From NCBI GenBank assembly GCA_019358935.1, contig JAHHIK010000039.1:1-64000 (forward strand): a DNA stretch of 64,000 nt. The letters are read 5' to 3'. The notes beneath the pieces are model-generated. The model was not told the DNA's origin, did no database searches, and saw only the letters and a list, made by a program, of their open reading frames with translations. The stretch comes from Tolypothrix carrinoi HA7290-LM1 (GTDB lineage Bacteria; Cyanobacteriota; Cyanobacteriia; Cyanobacteriales; Nostocaceae). Within the stretch, counting starts at the first letter, position 1, and every line of letters begins with the position of its first letter. The translations under genes and the position numbers were made by a program. Below, piece by piece: positions 29,871-39,327 of this stretch.

Positions 29871-32800
29871 CTACTGTTTTCTAGCAACATTGTCCAATTT
29901 AGCACGGATATCTGACCAGTTAGCATCTGCTAAACTTGGTAAAACAATGTGAGCAGCACCAACTCGCTCAACTGGTCCGAGTCCTATTACCCACATACCA
30001 CCTTTCTTAGCTGCCTCAATACCCGCTGCTGCATCTTCGACAACTACACATTGCGCTGGTTGAAGTCCTAATTGTTGTGCCGCGAACAGAAATAAATCGG
30101 GGGCAGGTTTGGGTTTTTCTACACTGTAACCGTCAGCGATCGCATCTATTTTACTGGCAATTCCCAATCGTTCTATAACTGCTTGAGCATTCTTACTCGC
30201 AGAACCTAAAGCTATTTTAATTCCCGCTTGTCGCAGTTCATCCAAAAAAGACACCGCTCCCGGCAATAAATCCGCTGGGGAGATGTTTTCAATCGATTCT
30301 ACATAGTAGCGGTTCTTGCGCTCCATCATCTCTTGAATTTGTGCTTCTGAATACTTTTTATTATTTCCGATTATCAGCAACAAAGATTCGCGACGCGACA
30401 CACCCCGCAAAGCTTCGTTAGCTTGCCGAGTAAAAGGTAAACCCTCTTCATCTGCCAATTTCTGCCAAGCTAAGTAGTGAAATTCTGCCGTATCCGTCAG
30501 CACCCCATCTAAGTCAAAGATGAACCCCCGGATGTCGAGGGAGGAGGGGGAGAGGGGGGGAGTGGGGGAGGGGGAGAGGGAAGACAAGGAAGAGGGGGGA
30601 GACAAGGGAGAAATTTCCCGTCCTCCTTGTCCCCCTTGTCCTCCTTGTCCTCCTTGTCTCCCTTGTCCTCCTTGTCCCCCTTGTCCCCCTTGTCCCCCTT
30701 GTCCCCGATGCTGCAAGTCGAATTCGTGCGATTTCCCGCGCCATTGCAGCTTGAATTTTAGGCGTGTCCAACCTGGGGGTAGGTGGGGATTGGCTACGGG
30801 TTCATTATCCCGCAGTTGGATACCACCAAAGCCGAAAACTACGGCTTGCCAAACGCCACCAGCACTGGCACCATGAATTCCGTCAGCCGCGTTGCCGCGC
30901 ACATCTTCTAAATCTACCATTGCTGCTTGCATAAATCTTTCGTAAGCTTCGGCTGTTTTGCCTAAGTCTGAGGCTAAGATACCGTGAATCGCAGGACCAA
31001 GGGAGGAACCATAAGTAATGTCTGTACGCGGTGCGTAATAGTCCCAGTTTTTCTCTAATATTTCTTGGTTGTAGGGAAATTCCTGTGATTGCCGCATTAA
31101 GTAAAGGAGCATTAAGACATCTGGCTGTTTGAGGACTTGCCGTTTATTAGCGCCTTCGATGCTTAAAATAGCTTGCATGGAACGAGTGCGCGGTTCGTAT
31201 TCTTGCAAGTTAATATCTTCTAATTGAAAAAATCCTTCGTATTGCTCGATTAACTTGGTTGCTGGGTCGTAGGGAATCCAGATATTTGTAATGATATCTT
31301 GCCAGCGCGATCGCCTGCCTGGAGTTAGTCCTAATTTCTGCTCTATTTCACTAGCGCGATCGCTCTTATTTTGACGCAGCCAATCTTGAACTATAATCGC
31401 TTTTTCCAAATGCCATTGTACCATCCGATTGGTAAATGTGTTGTTATGGACGAATTCATGATATTCATCCGCACCTATTACCCCGCGAATTTCGTATCTT
31501 TCATATTTGGTGTTGTACTCAACTCGGCTTGCCCAAAATATGGCGGTGTCTAAAATAATTTCCGCACCGTACTTTTCCATCCACTCGTCGTCACCTGTGG
31601 CTTGCCAATAATACCACACGGCGTAGGCGATATCTGCACTGATGTGAATTTCGCGATCGCGACACCATATCCGCACGTCTTCACCGTAAGGATCGTTAGG
31701 TAACGCCCAACGCGGGGTCACTTCGTCACCAGTATCGGCACTTTCCCAAGCAAACATCGCTCCTTTATAGCCGTCATGAGATGCTTTGCGTCTGGCTCCA
31801 TTTAAGGTGTGGTAGCGGTATGATAGCAAGTTCCGGGCGATGTCCGGCTGGGTGTAAGTGAAGAAAGGTAACAGAAAAATCTCCGTATCCCAGAATACAT
31901 GACCGCGATAACCAAATCCCGAAAGTGTTTTTGCGGGAATACTCACTTTCTCGTCGTGTCTAGGAGCGGCAATGAGCATCTGAAAGATATTGTAGCGGAC
32001 TGCTAGTTGCGCTCTACTGTCTCCCTCAATTACAATGTCGTTTTGTTGCCAAACTTCATCCCATGCTTTTTCGTGAGCATCGAGCAACTTGGAGTAAGAA
32101 GGCAATTGAGCGAGTTTTTCTTGAGCTGCTGCGATCGGCTGCGTTACTTCCCGCGATGTAAAAACTGTGACTATCTTTTCTAAGGTGACTGTCTGTTGGG
32201 CGATCGCCTGGAATTTAATATTTAAAGTAGGATAACCCGGTGCGCTGGTAACAAGCATAGATGCATCCGCCCCAGATAGTGTCATCCGTGCTGCGAGACT
32301 GATTTCGATGCGGGAATTGCGGGTGCGACGATATAACCAAATTCCGTTGTCAATGTTTCCTTGATCGAGTGCTTCCCAATGGTTGAAGCCTTGATTTTCC
32401 GGATAGCCGTTAATACTAGCTTGAATTTCAATTAATCCATCGAAATCGACTGGGGTGATTTGGCAACGCTGCGCTAAGACATGTTGATCGGAATAACTAG
32501 CAAAGCGTTGAAAAGTCAAATCTATGGTTTTTCCGCCCTTAGTCCGCCAACGGATTGTACGGGTAATAAGTCCTTGACGCAAATCAAGTTGGCGATCGTA
32601 ACTTAATATTTCTCCTTGATCGAGACGAAAGCGATCGCCATCAACAATTACTATCAGTGGTATCCAGTCAGGACAATTCACAAGTTCCGTGTAAACCACT
32701 GGCACACTGTCGTAAACACCGTGAATAAATGTAGCAGGTGATGCTTGAGTATAGCCTTCTTCAAAAGTGCCGCGTGTTCCTAAATAACCGTTGCCGATGG

Positions 32801-32903
32801 TGAAAACCGTTTCTCTGTGGGGAAACTTGTTAAAATCAACTTTGCTTTCGATTAATGTCCAGTCTGTATAAATAAAATCTTGAGAATGACCTGTTGTATC
32901 CAT
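29871..32903 (-). CDS. GH65 glycoside phosphorylase fused to beta-phosphoglucomutase
   Basis: GNGYLGTRG, GYRGHVFWDTE, GADEYHE, KQPDV, GSSL; HAD FDLDGVLTDTA...KPAPD...EDAAAGI. Confidence 0.92.
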   Translation of the reverse strand: MDTTGHSQDFIYTDWTLIESKVDFNKFPHRETVFTIGNGYLGTRGTFEEGYTQASPATFIHGVYDSVPVVYTELVNCPDWIPLIVIVDGDRFRLDQGEILSYDRQLDLRQGLITRTIRWRTKGGKTIDLTFQRFASYSDQHVLAQRCQITPVDFDGLIEIQASINGYPENQGFNHWEALDQGNIDNGIWLYRRTRNSRIEISLAARMTLSGADASMLVTSAPGYPTLNIKFQAIAQQTVTLEKIVTVFTSREVTQPIAAAQEKLAQLPSYSKLLDAHEKAWDEVWQQNDIVIEGDSRAQLAVRYNIFQMLIAAPRHDEKVSIPAKTLSGFGYRGHVFWDTEIFLLPFFTYTQPDIARNLLSYRYHTLNGARRKASHDGYKGAMFAWESADTGDEVTPRWALPNDPYGEDVRIWCRDREIHISADIAYAVWYYWQATGDDEWMEKYGAEIILDTAIFWASRVEYNTKYERYEIRGVIGADEYHEFVHNNTFTNRMVQWHLEKAIIVQDWLRQNKSDRASEIEQKLGLTPGRRSRWQDIITNIWIPYDPATKLIEQYEGFFQLEDINLQEYEPRTRSMQAILSIEGANKRQVLKQPDVLMLLYLMRQSQEFPYNQEILEKNWDYYAPRTDITYGSSLGPAIHGILASDLGKTAEAYERFMQAAMVDLEDVRGNAADGIHGASAGGVWQAVVFGFGGIQLRDNEPVANPHLPPGWTRLKFKLQWRGKSHEFDLQHRGQGGQGGQGGQGGQGRQGGQGGQGGQGGREISPLSPPSSLSSLSPSPTPPLSPSSLDIRGFIFDLDGVLTDTAEFHYLAWQKLADEEGLPFTRQANEALRGVSRRESLLLIIGNNKKYSEAQIQEMMERKNRYYVESIENISPADLLPGAVSFLDELRQAGIKIALGSASKNAQAVIERLGIASKIDAIADGYSVEKPKPAPDLFLFAAQQLGLQPAQCVVVEDAAAGIEAAKKGGMWVIGLGPVERVGAAHIVLPSLADANWSDIRAKLDNVARKQ
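30536..30707 (-). repeat. In-frame GGACAAGGG / CTCCCC composite repeat in the GH65-PGM linker
   Basis: Encodes (GQG)n-REISPLSPPSS... Confidence 0.85.
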
Positions 32904-32953
32904 TACAACTGCCTTTGTTGAAGGACTATTCAAAATTCAAAAAATTATTTTCT

Positions 32954-35362
32954 TTACCGATGCATATGCTCGTCTAAGATTGTTTCGGCTCTAGGCTTAT
33001 AAACTAAATGGAAGAGAGTTTCCATATAGCGAAGTAGAGCTTCACGATTTTCACGGGATACAAAGTTCCAAAATGTGTATATTTTAGCTAACAATAACAA
33101 CTGATTGCTATTGTTATTCCAGTTGTAGTAGTTACGAACTCGTTGGATGACCCACTCAGAGATTTTATGCCAATATTCGGGATTAGTTTCGCATTGGTCA
33201 ATAAAGTTTAAGATTCGCGTTGCTGTTCCCTCTAAGTCGGTAGGATTGAGATGAAATTCATTATCGCGATCGCCGAGAATTTCTGATGCTCCGCCAAATT
33301 GAGTGGCGAAAGTTGGTAAGCCAGAAATCATCGCTTCGAGAATTGTCAGTCCGAAGGCTTCAAAGTGAGCAAAGTGGACAAAAATGCCTTGAGCTTCGGC
33401 GATCGCTCTATAAGCTTCGGCGAGGTCAACGCTTTTAAGGCGCATCCCCAACCAGCGGATCTTCCCATTTAAATTATACTGGTTAATGATTTCGTGGAGT
33501 TTTTTTATTTCTGCGGCTTCTGCCGGGTTGCTTTGATCGTTTGCATGTAGTTTGCTGGTAAGGATAATCAAGTTACAACGCGCTTGCAATTGCTGGCTTT
33601 TGCCAAAACATTCTGCCAAACCGGTGAGATTCTTTACTCCTGTCATCGGAGCGACAGCAAGAATTATTCGCTTGTTTTGGTCATCTAAATTACCAAATAT
33701 TTGCGGGTCTTGCCGGTGAAATAATAGCTCGTTAACTCGTGTAATAACGCTTTTGTCTCGGTCTTCCACTTGGCTAAATGGAAAGAATATGTTTTCGTTT
33801 ACTCCGGGTGCAACCATGTTGAATTTGGGACTAAACAAATCTATTCCATTCACCACATGATACAATTCCGGCATGGTAAAGCATTTATAGGACTCATACT
33901 GTCCTATACTGTCGGGTGTGCCGACAATTTCTTGATAGGACGAGGTGACGATAAAATCGGCAGCATTCATGCTAATGATATCGGCGGTATATTGCGCGGA
34001 AAAATGATATTGTTTTTCTAAGTCTTGCCAATAAAGGTTGCTGAATAAATGTTTGGGTTTTTCTAAAGAGTGGGCAATGTGGCAATGAGCGGCTTTCAGA
34101 CGACGAGCGAGAAGAAAGGCTACTAAGTTTCCGTCGCTGTAGTTGCCAATAATTAGATTAGGGGTTCCCTGAAATTTAGCTAACAGTTCTTTTTCGGCGT
34201 CATTGGCAAATGTTTCTAAATAAGGCCAAATTTCATATTTAGAAATCCAGTTTTGAGTAACTTCGGGATTAAATTCACCGAAAGGAACGCGCAAAATCCA
34301 GCCGTTTTCTGTTCCTAAAAGTTTTTCTAAACGTAAGTCGCACTGGGTTCCTTGACAGTTGGGAATAAGCCGGGTAAGAATAATAACTTGGGGTTTAATG
34401 TTTAGCAGGTCGAGTCCGGCAAGTTTAATTTCGGCTTGCAGTTTATTTTCTAAGTTGCGAGCTTGTTCTAAGACGTAGACGACTTGACCCATTGTCTCTG
34501 GTCTTCCTAAAACGTCTTCTTGACCAACCCATCCGTGTATAGAAACGAGGACGACGCGAAAAATAGCGGGAATGCGAGAAACAAAGGCTTCGAGGATGGG
34601 TGGTTCTGGGTTTTCAAAGAGTCGTTGGAGGAGTTCGAGGGTTTCTTTGACGCGGTCAGCGGTGTTTCCCCAACCTGGTTCAAAGCCGATTTGTTGAAAG
34701 TCTAGGTGAAATTTTTCGTATGATTCGTTCGGTTGGCGATCGCTAACTAATTTGATTGCTGATGAAAGTTGTTGAGATAATTCCGAACCGGAATGAATGC
34801 GATCGTTGATTAGTAACGGGATGCCGTCGTATTCGCGTCTTAGTAAAACGTCATACAATACATCTAACCAGTACTGGCGATCGCTTAATACTTGACTGCA
34901 TAAATAACGGTTGAGGAATGTTAGACCTTGACCAATGTTTCTCGGATCGCTGATATTTGGGGAACCTTCATAAAAGGGATGGGTGTCTATTTCTAGAATG
35001 TTTGGTTGGTAACGGTTAACGAAGCGATCGCGCACATCTAACAATGCTTTTGGCTCTTGAAGCTCGAAAGTCATGTTTGCCTCAAGTCGCCAAATTTCTT
35101 GGCTAGCAATTCTCGGTCGGACAACAAACCAAGTATTTTCTCCTTCGAGAATTATTTCATGGGTGTAGTGAATTAACTTGCCCAAAGAAGAAGAGTGGTA
35201 AAAATACGCAGGTTTTTGCGATTCTTGACAGTAGTCTGCAAACGCTGAGAGAATTTCATTTCTCAAGAAGTATCGCTTTCCACCAGACTTTAATGCAAAG
35301 ACCAACTGACGTAAAGCAGTTTTCTCATCACTGTTTAAAACAGCTTGAAATAGTTCATGCAT
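32954..35362 (-). CDS. susB: Sucrose synthase (SusB type)
   Basis: VLGRPETMGQVVYVL, IIGNYSDGNLVA, HSLEK, EAFGLTILEAM.SGLPTFAT.FGG; adjacent to the GH65/PGM gene. Confidence 0.88.
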   Translation of the reverse strand: MHELFQAVLNSDEKTALRQLVFALKSGGKRYFLRNEILSAFADYCQESQKPAYFYHSSSLGKLIHYTHEIILEGENTWFVVRPRIASQEIWRLEANMTFELQEPKALLDVRDRFVNRYQPNILEIDTHPFYEGSPNISDPRNIGQGLTFLNRYLCSQVLSDRQYWLDVLYDVLLRREYDGIPLLINDRIHSGSELSQQLSSAIKLVSDRQPNESYEKFHLDFQQIGFEPGWGNTADRVKETLELLQRLFENPEPPILEAFVSRIPAIFRVVLVSIHGWVGQEDVLGRPETMGQVVYVLEQARNLENKLQAEIKLAGLDLLNIKPQVIILTRLIPNCQGTQCDLRLEKLLGTENGWILRVPFGEFNPEVTQNWISKYEIWPYLETFANDAEKELLAKFQGTPNLIIGNYSDGNLVAFLLARRLKAAHCHIAHSLEKPKHLFSNLYWQDLEKQYHFSAQYTADIISMNAADFIVTSSYQEIVGTPDSIGQYESYKCFTMPELYHVVNGIDLFSPKFNMVAPGVNENIFFPFSQVEDRDKSVITRVNELLFHRQDPQIFGNLDDQNKRIILAVAPMTGVKNLTGLAECFGKSQQLQARCNLIILTSKLHANDQSNPAEAAEIKKLHEIINQYNLNGKIRWLGMRLKSVDLAEAYRAIAEAQGIFVHFAHFEAFGLTILEAMISGLPTFATQFGGASEILGDRDNEFHLNPTDLEGTATRILNFIDQCETNPEYWHKISEWVIQRVRNYYNWNNNSNQLLLLAKIYTFWNFVSRENREALLRYMETLFHLVYKPRAETILDEHMHR

Positions 35363-35925
35363 GGCGAATTCCTGACAATAGCGGTTGTCAACTGAAGGAT
35401 AAAGTGTGTTCGCGTAGCGTCGGAGTGAACGAGAAGGATTTTGAATGAAGTTAAGACCTTACACGCGATTTATCTTTCATATTGATATAATTTATTGTTT
35501 TGCTGATATCCTTTATGATTTATACTTGATACTTCATTGGTACGGTTCTGAGAGTGTTTGTTTGATTATTACATGATAAATAAAAGTGAAAGTTCACCGC
35601 TTCTAGCTGAGGGATGAAACGGCACAAATGTATATTTTGATTGCAATTATTGATTATTTATTTATATTTCTTTACACAAGGGTGAAGTGAGACGAGTATT
35701 TTTGACTTTTAGGCTAGGCGATCGCTTTTTTCTTTTTAGGAATGAGCGCAAAAATAATTGTAAGGCACATTATACAGTAGCGGTAATTCATGAATTACCG
35801 CTACTTAGTATTTTGAGTAAGTCCTGCTTTTAATAAAAATAGCAGCCAACAAGTTGCTTTGGCTGCTTGATTCTGTAAATTGGTAATATGGCAATGACGA
35901 GTCTAATAATCCAACCTAATATTAT

Positions 35926-36192
35926 TTATTGAATTATTAGCTGGTGCATTTTATTAAGATGCGAATACGTATCTGAATGCAAGTAGCCAGTAACCACTTC
36001 TCTTAGCTTCAATGGTCTATTAGCTTTACACCAGAAAAAGTCATCTGTTGTTTCTTCTCCGGCTCGGATGATGAAGTAGCTTTTATCACCATCATCTTTT
36101 GCGACAACAAGAAAACTTTCCTGTGGTTTCCTAAAATCGACTTTCAAGTGTTTAATCATAAGGTAAAACCAGTTGTAGCCTACACCCATCAA
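35926..36192 (-). CDS. Hypothetical protein, no recognised motif
   Basis: 88-aa ORF in AT-rich DNA. Confidence 0.35.
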   Translation of the reverse strand: MMGVGYNWFYLMIKHLKVDFRKPQESFLVVAKDDGDKSYFIIRAGEETTDDFFWCKANRPLKLREVVTGYLHSDTYSHLNKMHQLIIQ

Positions 36193-36386
36193 AAGAAATA
36201 TTCGCTTTTAATTCAACAACAAAATAAGCTATATTCAAAACGAGGAAAATACGTAATCTTTACTGATTAGAAAACTTATAAATAAGTAATAATACTAGTG
36301 CTTGCTCCAAAGAGCTTGAAAAGTCTCTCTTTCCCAGTCCCTAGTCCCCATTCCCCATTCCCCATTCCCGATTCCCCATTCCCCAA

Positions 36387-37328
36387 ATGGACACCTCTAT
36401 CCGTCTACTGCCTGAGAGTGAATTAGAAGAAGCTGACCACATTTTTCGACTTGCTTTTGGCACTTTTGTCGGTTTACCTAAGCCTACCGATTTTGGTGGT
36501 GATGCCAGTTACATCCCACATCGTTGGCAAGCTAACCCAAATGGGGCTTTTGCGGCATTTGTTGATGGAAAACTTATCGGTTCTAACTTAGCAACTCAGT
36601 GGGGTAGCTTTGGTTCGTTTGGTCCCTAATCGTGTTCAGCCAGACTTTTGGAATCAAAAAATCGCTCAAGGTCTAATTGAAGCGGTTATGGAACACTTCA
36701 CGCAGTCAGCTATTCAACAGGCAGGTTTGTTTACCTTCTCCAACAGTCCCAAGCATCATGCGCTCTACCAAAAGTTTGGTTTCTGGCAGGTTTTCTTACC
36801 TGTGTGATGTCTAAGCCGATTTCTCGTGTTGAGCAAAAACTGACAGAGGCAAGTTACTCTGTGATGACTCAAGAGCAACGCTGCGAATGCTTAAATCAAG
36901 TATAGAGTTAACTAATGTCATCTATCCTATCTTTAGATGTATCCCGCGAGATTTCTACGGTGCATGAAGAAAAACTCGGCGATTCAGTATTTCTTTGGGA
37001 TGAAACAAGTTTAGTCGGATTTGCAATTTGTCATTGTGGAGCTTTGACTGAAGCTGGTAGTGACACTTGCTATGTGAAATTTGCCGCAGTCAGACCAAGT
37101 TTGAATGCTTCAACACATTTCGAGCAGTTACTGAATTTATGTGAGATGTTAACTGCAAAAGCAGGAATGTCACGTTTGGTTGCTGGGGTAAATACCAGTC
37201 ATCACGACGCTTATGGCAGAATGATTGCTCGTGGTTTTCGCACAGAGCTCACAGGAATTGCAATGCATAAACCAAATGAGCCTGGTTTCGCTCGTTTTGA
37301 TGTTTTTGTTTTGAACGATTGGCGCTAA
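36387..37328 (+). pseudogene. GNAT-family acetyltransferase pseudogene
   Basis: Continuous GNAT homology (FGP..VQPDFWNQKIA..L; HHALYQKFGF; AYGRMIARGFR) broken by a stop and frameshifts near 36627, 36790, 36900 and 36930. Confidence 0.8.
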
Positions 37329-37346
37329 GACGATTTTGGATTTTGC

Positions 37347-37550
37347 GAAAAGTTGAGCCAGTCGCTTGGGGAGGCAGTGCGTTGCGGGGGTTCCCCCCGT
37401 TGTAGCACCTGCCGTCGGGTCTCCCGACTTGGGCGACCTGGCGTTGAGCGGAGGTTTCCGAGAAGTTTGAGCGGAGGTTTCCTCCGATCAAAGCTTCTCA
37501 ATCGCAAAGACGCTGCGCGAACGGTGTCCGATCAAAGCGCATTCTCGACG
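37347..37550 (+). mobile_element. Nested stack of small structured repeat elements within an ATTTTGG STRR tract
   Basis: 45-nt element inside a 45-nt element inside a CGAAAAGTT...GACG host element, plus further inserts. Confidence 0.75.
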
Positions 37551-37713
37551 GATTTGGGATTTTGGATTAGTTAAATCTTGCTCCCAAGTCATTTTCAAGC
37601 TTTGGAAGTAAAGTACTTGGCAAATATTTACAAGTGGGTGCGATCGCCTTTGAGTTTCCCGGAACCATAATAGTAGCGTTAAAATAAATTCCGAATATTA
37701 TTCAACTACAAGA

Positions 37714-38895
37714 CTATACCCTGCGCCATAAAATATGTCGTTGCGTGAAATTTATATAAATTAAGCTTTTTAGTGATTTTGTTACTTTTATTAATATTGT
37801 CTTCTCTTTCACACGTATCTTAACAGGCTCTTCTCTTCTCACAAGAGCGTATTTGTTGGAAACATCACCAAGTTGAGCTTCATTTGGGCTTGTAATTTTC
37901 CAATATTTTAATAGAGGTTCAATCGCCAACCCAATACGGTCAGCGACAAGTTGTAGTTGCTGTACATCGTCCTTGGTGAATTGCCGAGAACGTAAAGTGC
38001 CAACATGGAAGACACCGTTCACTTGGTCTTTAAGCAGCAGCGGAACACCAAGCATTGATCGGATTCCTTTGTTACGCAGAATCGGACTTACTACTTCTAT
38101 CTTTGACAAGTCGTCTACAATCATCTGCTTGCCACTAGCAGCGATCTGACCTGCAAAACCACAATTAAGCGGAATTCTGATACCTTCTAAAATTTCTTCT
38201 TCTAGCCCAATGGTGGCGCACACAGCTAATTGCTGCCCATTTTCTGTTGGCAAGAGAACTGTAACAGTGTCTACGCTCATTAATTGGCGGATAGTTTCAA
38301 GCACCGCACGCAGCAGGTTTGTTAGAACCAAATCAATAGGCACAGTGTCGTTGGCACTTTGAAGACGCTGATAGTTCATCTGAGCAGTCTTGTGAACCTC
38401 GGTAAGGGCTGCATTAAGGGGAATAGAAAGAGGACTGTCATCTGAGTAGATGTATTCCCGATCTAGTTCCTTGCTATTGTGACTTTTGACTATCACATTA
38501 AATAAACGCAGACCATGATTACCAATAATCCTCAGTTTTTTTGCTTGAGTCTGGTTCTTGTCAGACTGAACTATGGCGCGGAACTGGCAGGTACTTCTTT
38601 CTCCTAGGTAGTTGGTAAACTTTTGGAGTTCTTCTTCACTCATTTCAAGTACAATGCAATCTGAGGCGTAAGCAGAGGTTTTATCTTGATTGCGCTCCTC
38701 CAAGATTGTTGTTAGATGAGCGTTCAGAGACTTAGACTCATTTTCGTTGAGAACAACGCAGTTAAGCCTATGAAGCAAGCGGTTTTCTTCAGAAAGCGGA
38801 GTTGCTGAGTTGGAATAGTCATCTTGGCACTGATTCGCGTTTTGAAAGTGGGCAAGCAAACGGCGCAAGCTCAAAATAAATTTAGAAATAATCAT
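37714..38895 (-). CDS. GAF-domain protein without a recognisable output domain
   Basis: DTVTVLL...LAV.ATIGLEEE...IP...GFAG.IA...IRSMLGVPL...GVFHVG...FT.DD..LQL.ADR. Confidence 0.8.
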   Translation of the reverse strand: MIISKFILSLRRLLAHFQNANQCQDDYSNSATPLSEENRLLHRLNCVVLNENESKSLNAHLTTILEERNQDKTSAYASDCIVLEMSEEELQKFTNYLGERSTCQFRAIVQSDKNQTQAKKLRIIGNHGLRLFNVIVKSHNSKELDREYIYSDDSPLSIPLNAALTEVHKTAQMNYQRLQSANDTVPIDLVLTNLLRAVLETIRQLMSVDTVTVLLPTENGQQLAVCATIGLEEEILEGIRIPLNCGFAGQIAASGKQMIVDDLSKIEVVSPILRNKGIRSMLGVPLLLKDQVNGVFHVGTLRSRQFTKDDVQQLQLVADRIGLAIEPLLKYWKITSPNEAQLGDVSNKYALVRREEPVKIRVKEKTILIKVTKSLKSLIYINFTQRHILWRRV

Positions 38896-38971
38896 TTCAA
38901 AACTATTTGAATTTGTTTCAAATTCCTACGATCTTCACTATTCAATAATTTAGAGGCGTTATAATTTTATA

Positions 38972-39229
38972 TTAATAAATCTCATCGTATGATGACAGTA
39001 AGCTTTTCGCTATACATCTATCTATGGCTGGATTAATTTTATCCATCATCCGCATTAAGTATTTTTCTGCGATCGCGTTTGAATTTGAATTCGGACACGG
39101 GGAAAGCGCAAACGCTGCTAATAGCGTTTGCGCTCTTAATAATTTGTATAAATCAAAATGACCGCGTGGGACATAAGCGCTCAATATTCTTTGTATTAAT
39201 TCCAAATAATCGAGTGCTTGATTGTTCAA
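38972..39229 (-). CDS. Hypothetical protein or gene fragment
   Basis: 85-aa ORF with TTG start between co-oriented genes. Confidence 0.3.
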   Translation of the reverse strand: MNNQALDYLELIQRILSAYVPRGHFDLYKLLRAQTLLAAFALSPCPNSNSNAIAEKYLMRMMDKINPAIDRCIAKSLLSSYDEIY

Positions 39230-39327
39230 GCTGAAGCCACTTTCCTTCCTCTTGGCGCTGCTGTCACAAATAAGTCACTCATAAAGAAGAACAGTATTTA
39301 GGCGATCGCACAGCAATAAAAATGCAA

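Noticed and set aside
35586..35630. Possible IS200/IS605-type end remnant (AAGTTCACCGCTTCTAGCTGAGGGATGAAAC)
   Set aside because: Too degenerate and no transposase fragment nearby.
36387..37328. Programmed frameshifting in the GNAT gene
   Set aside because: Several independent lesions including a stop codon, with no slippery heptamer; decay is the simpler explanation.
37355..37444. Group II intron domain V resemblance of the GAGCC-starting elements
   Set aside because: The AGC triad is not conserved (GAGG variants), and there is no GNRA loop, domain VI or RT gene.
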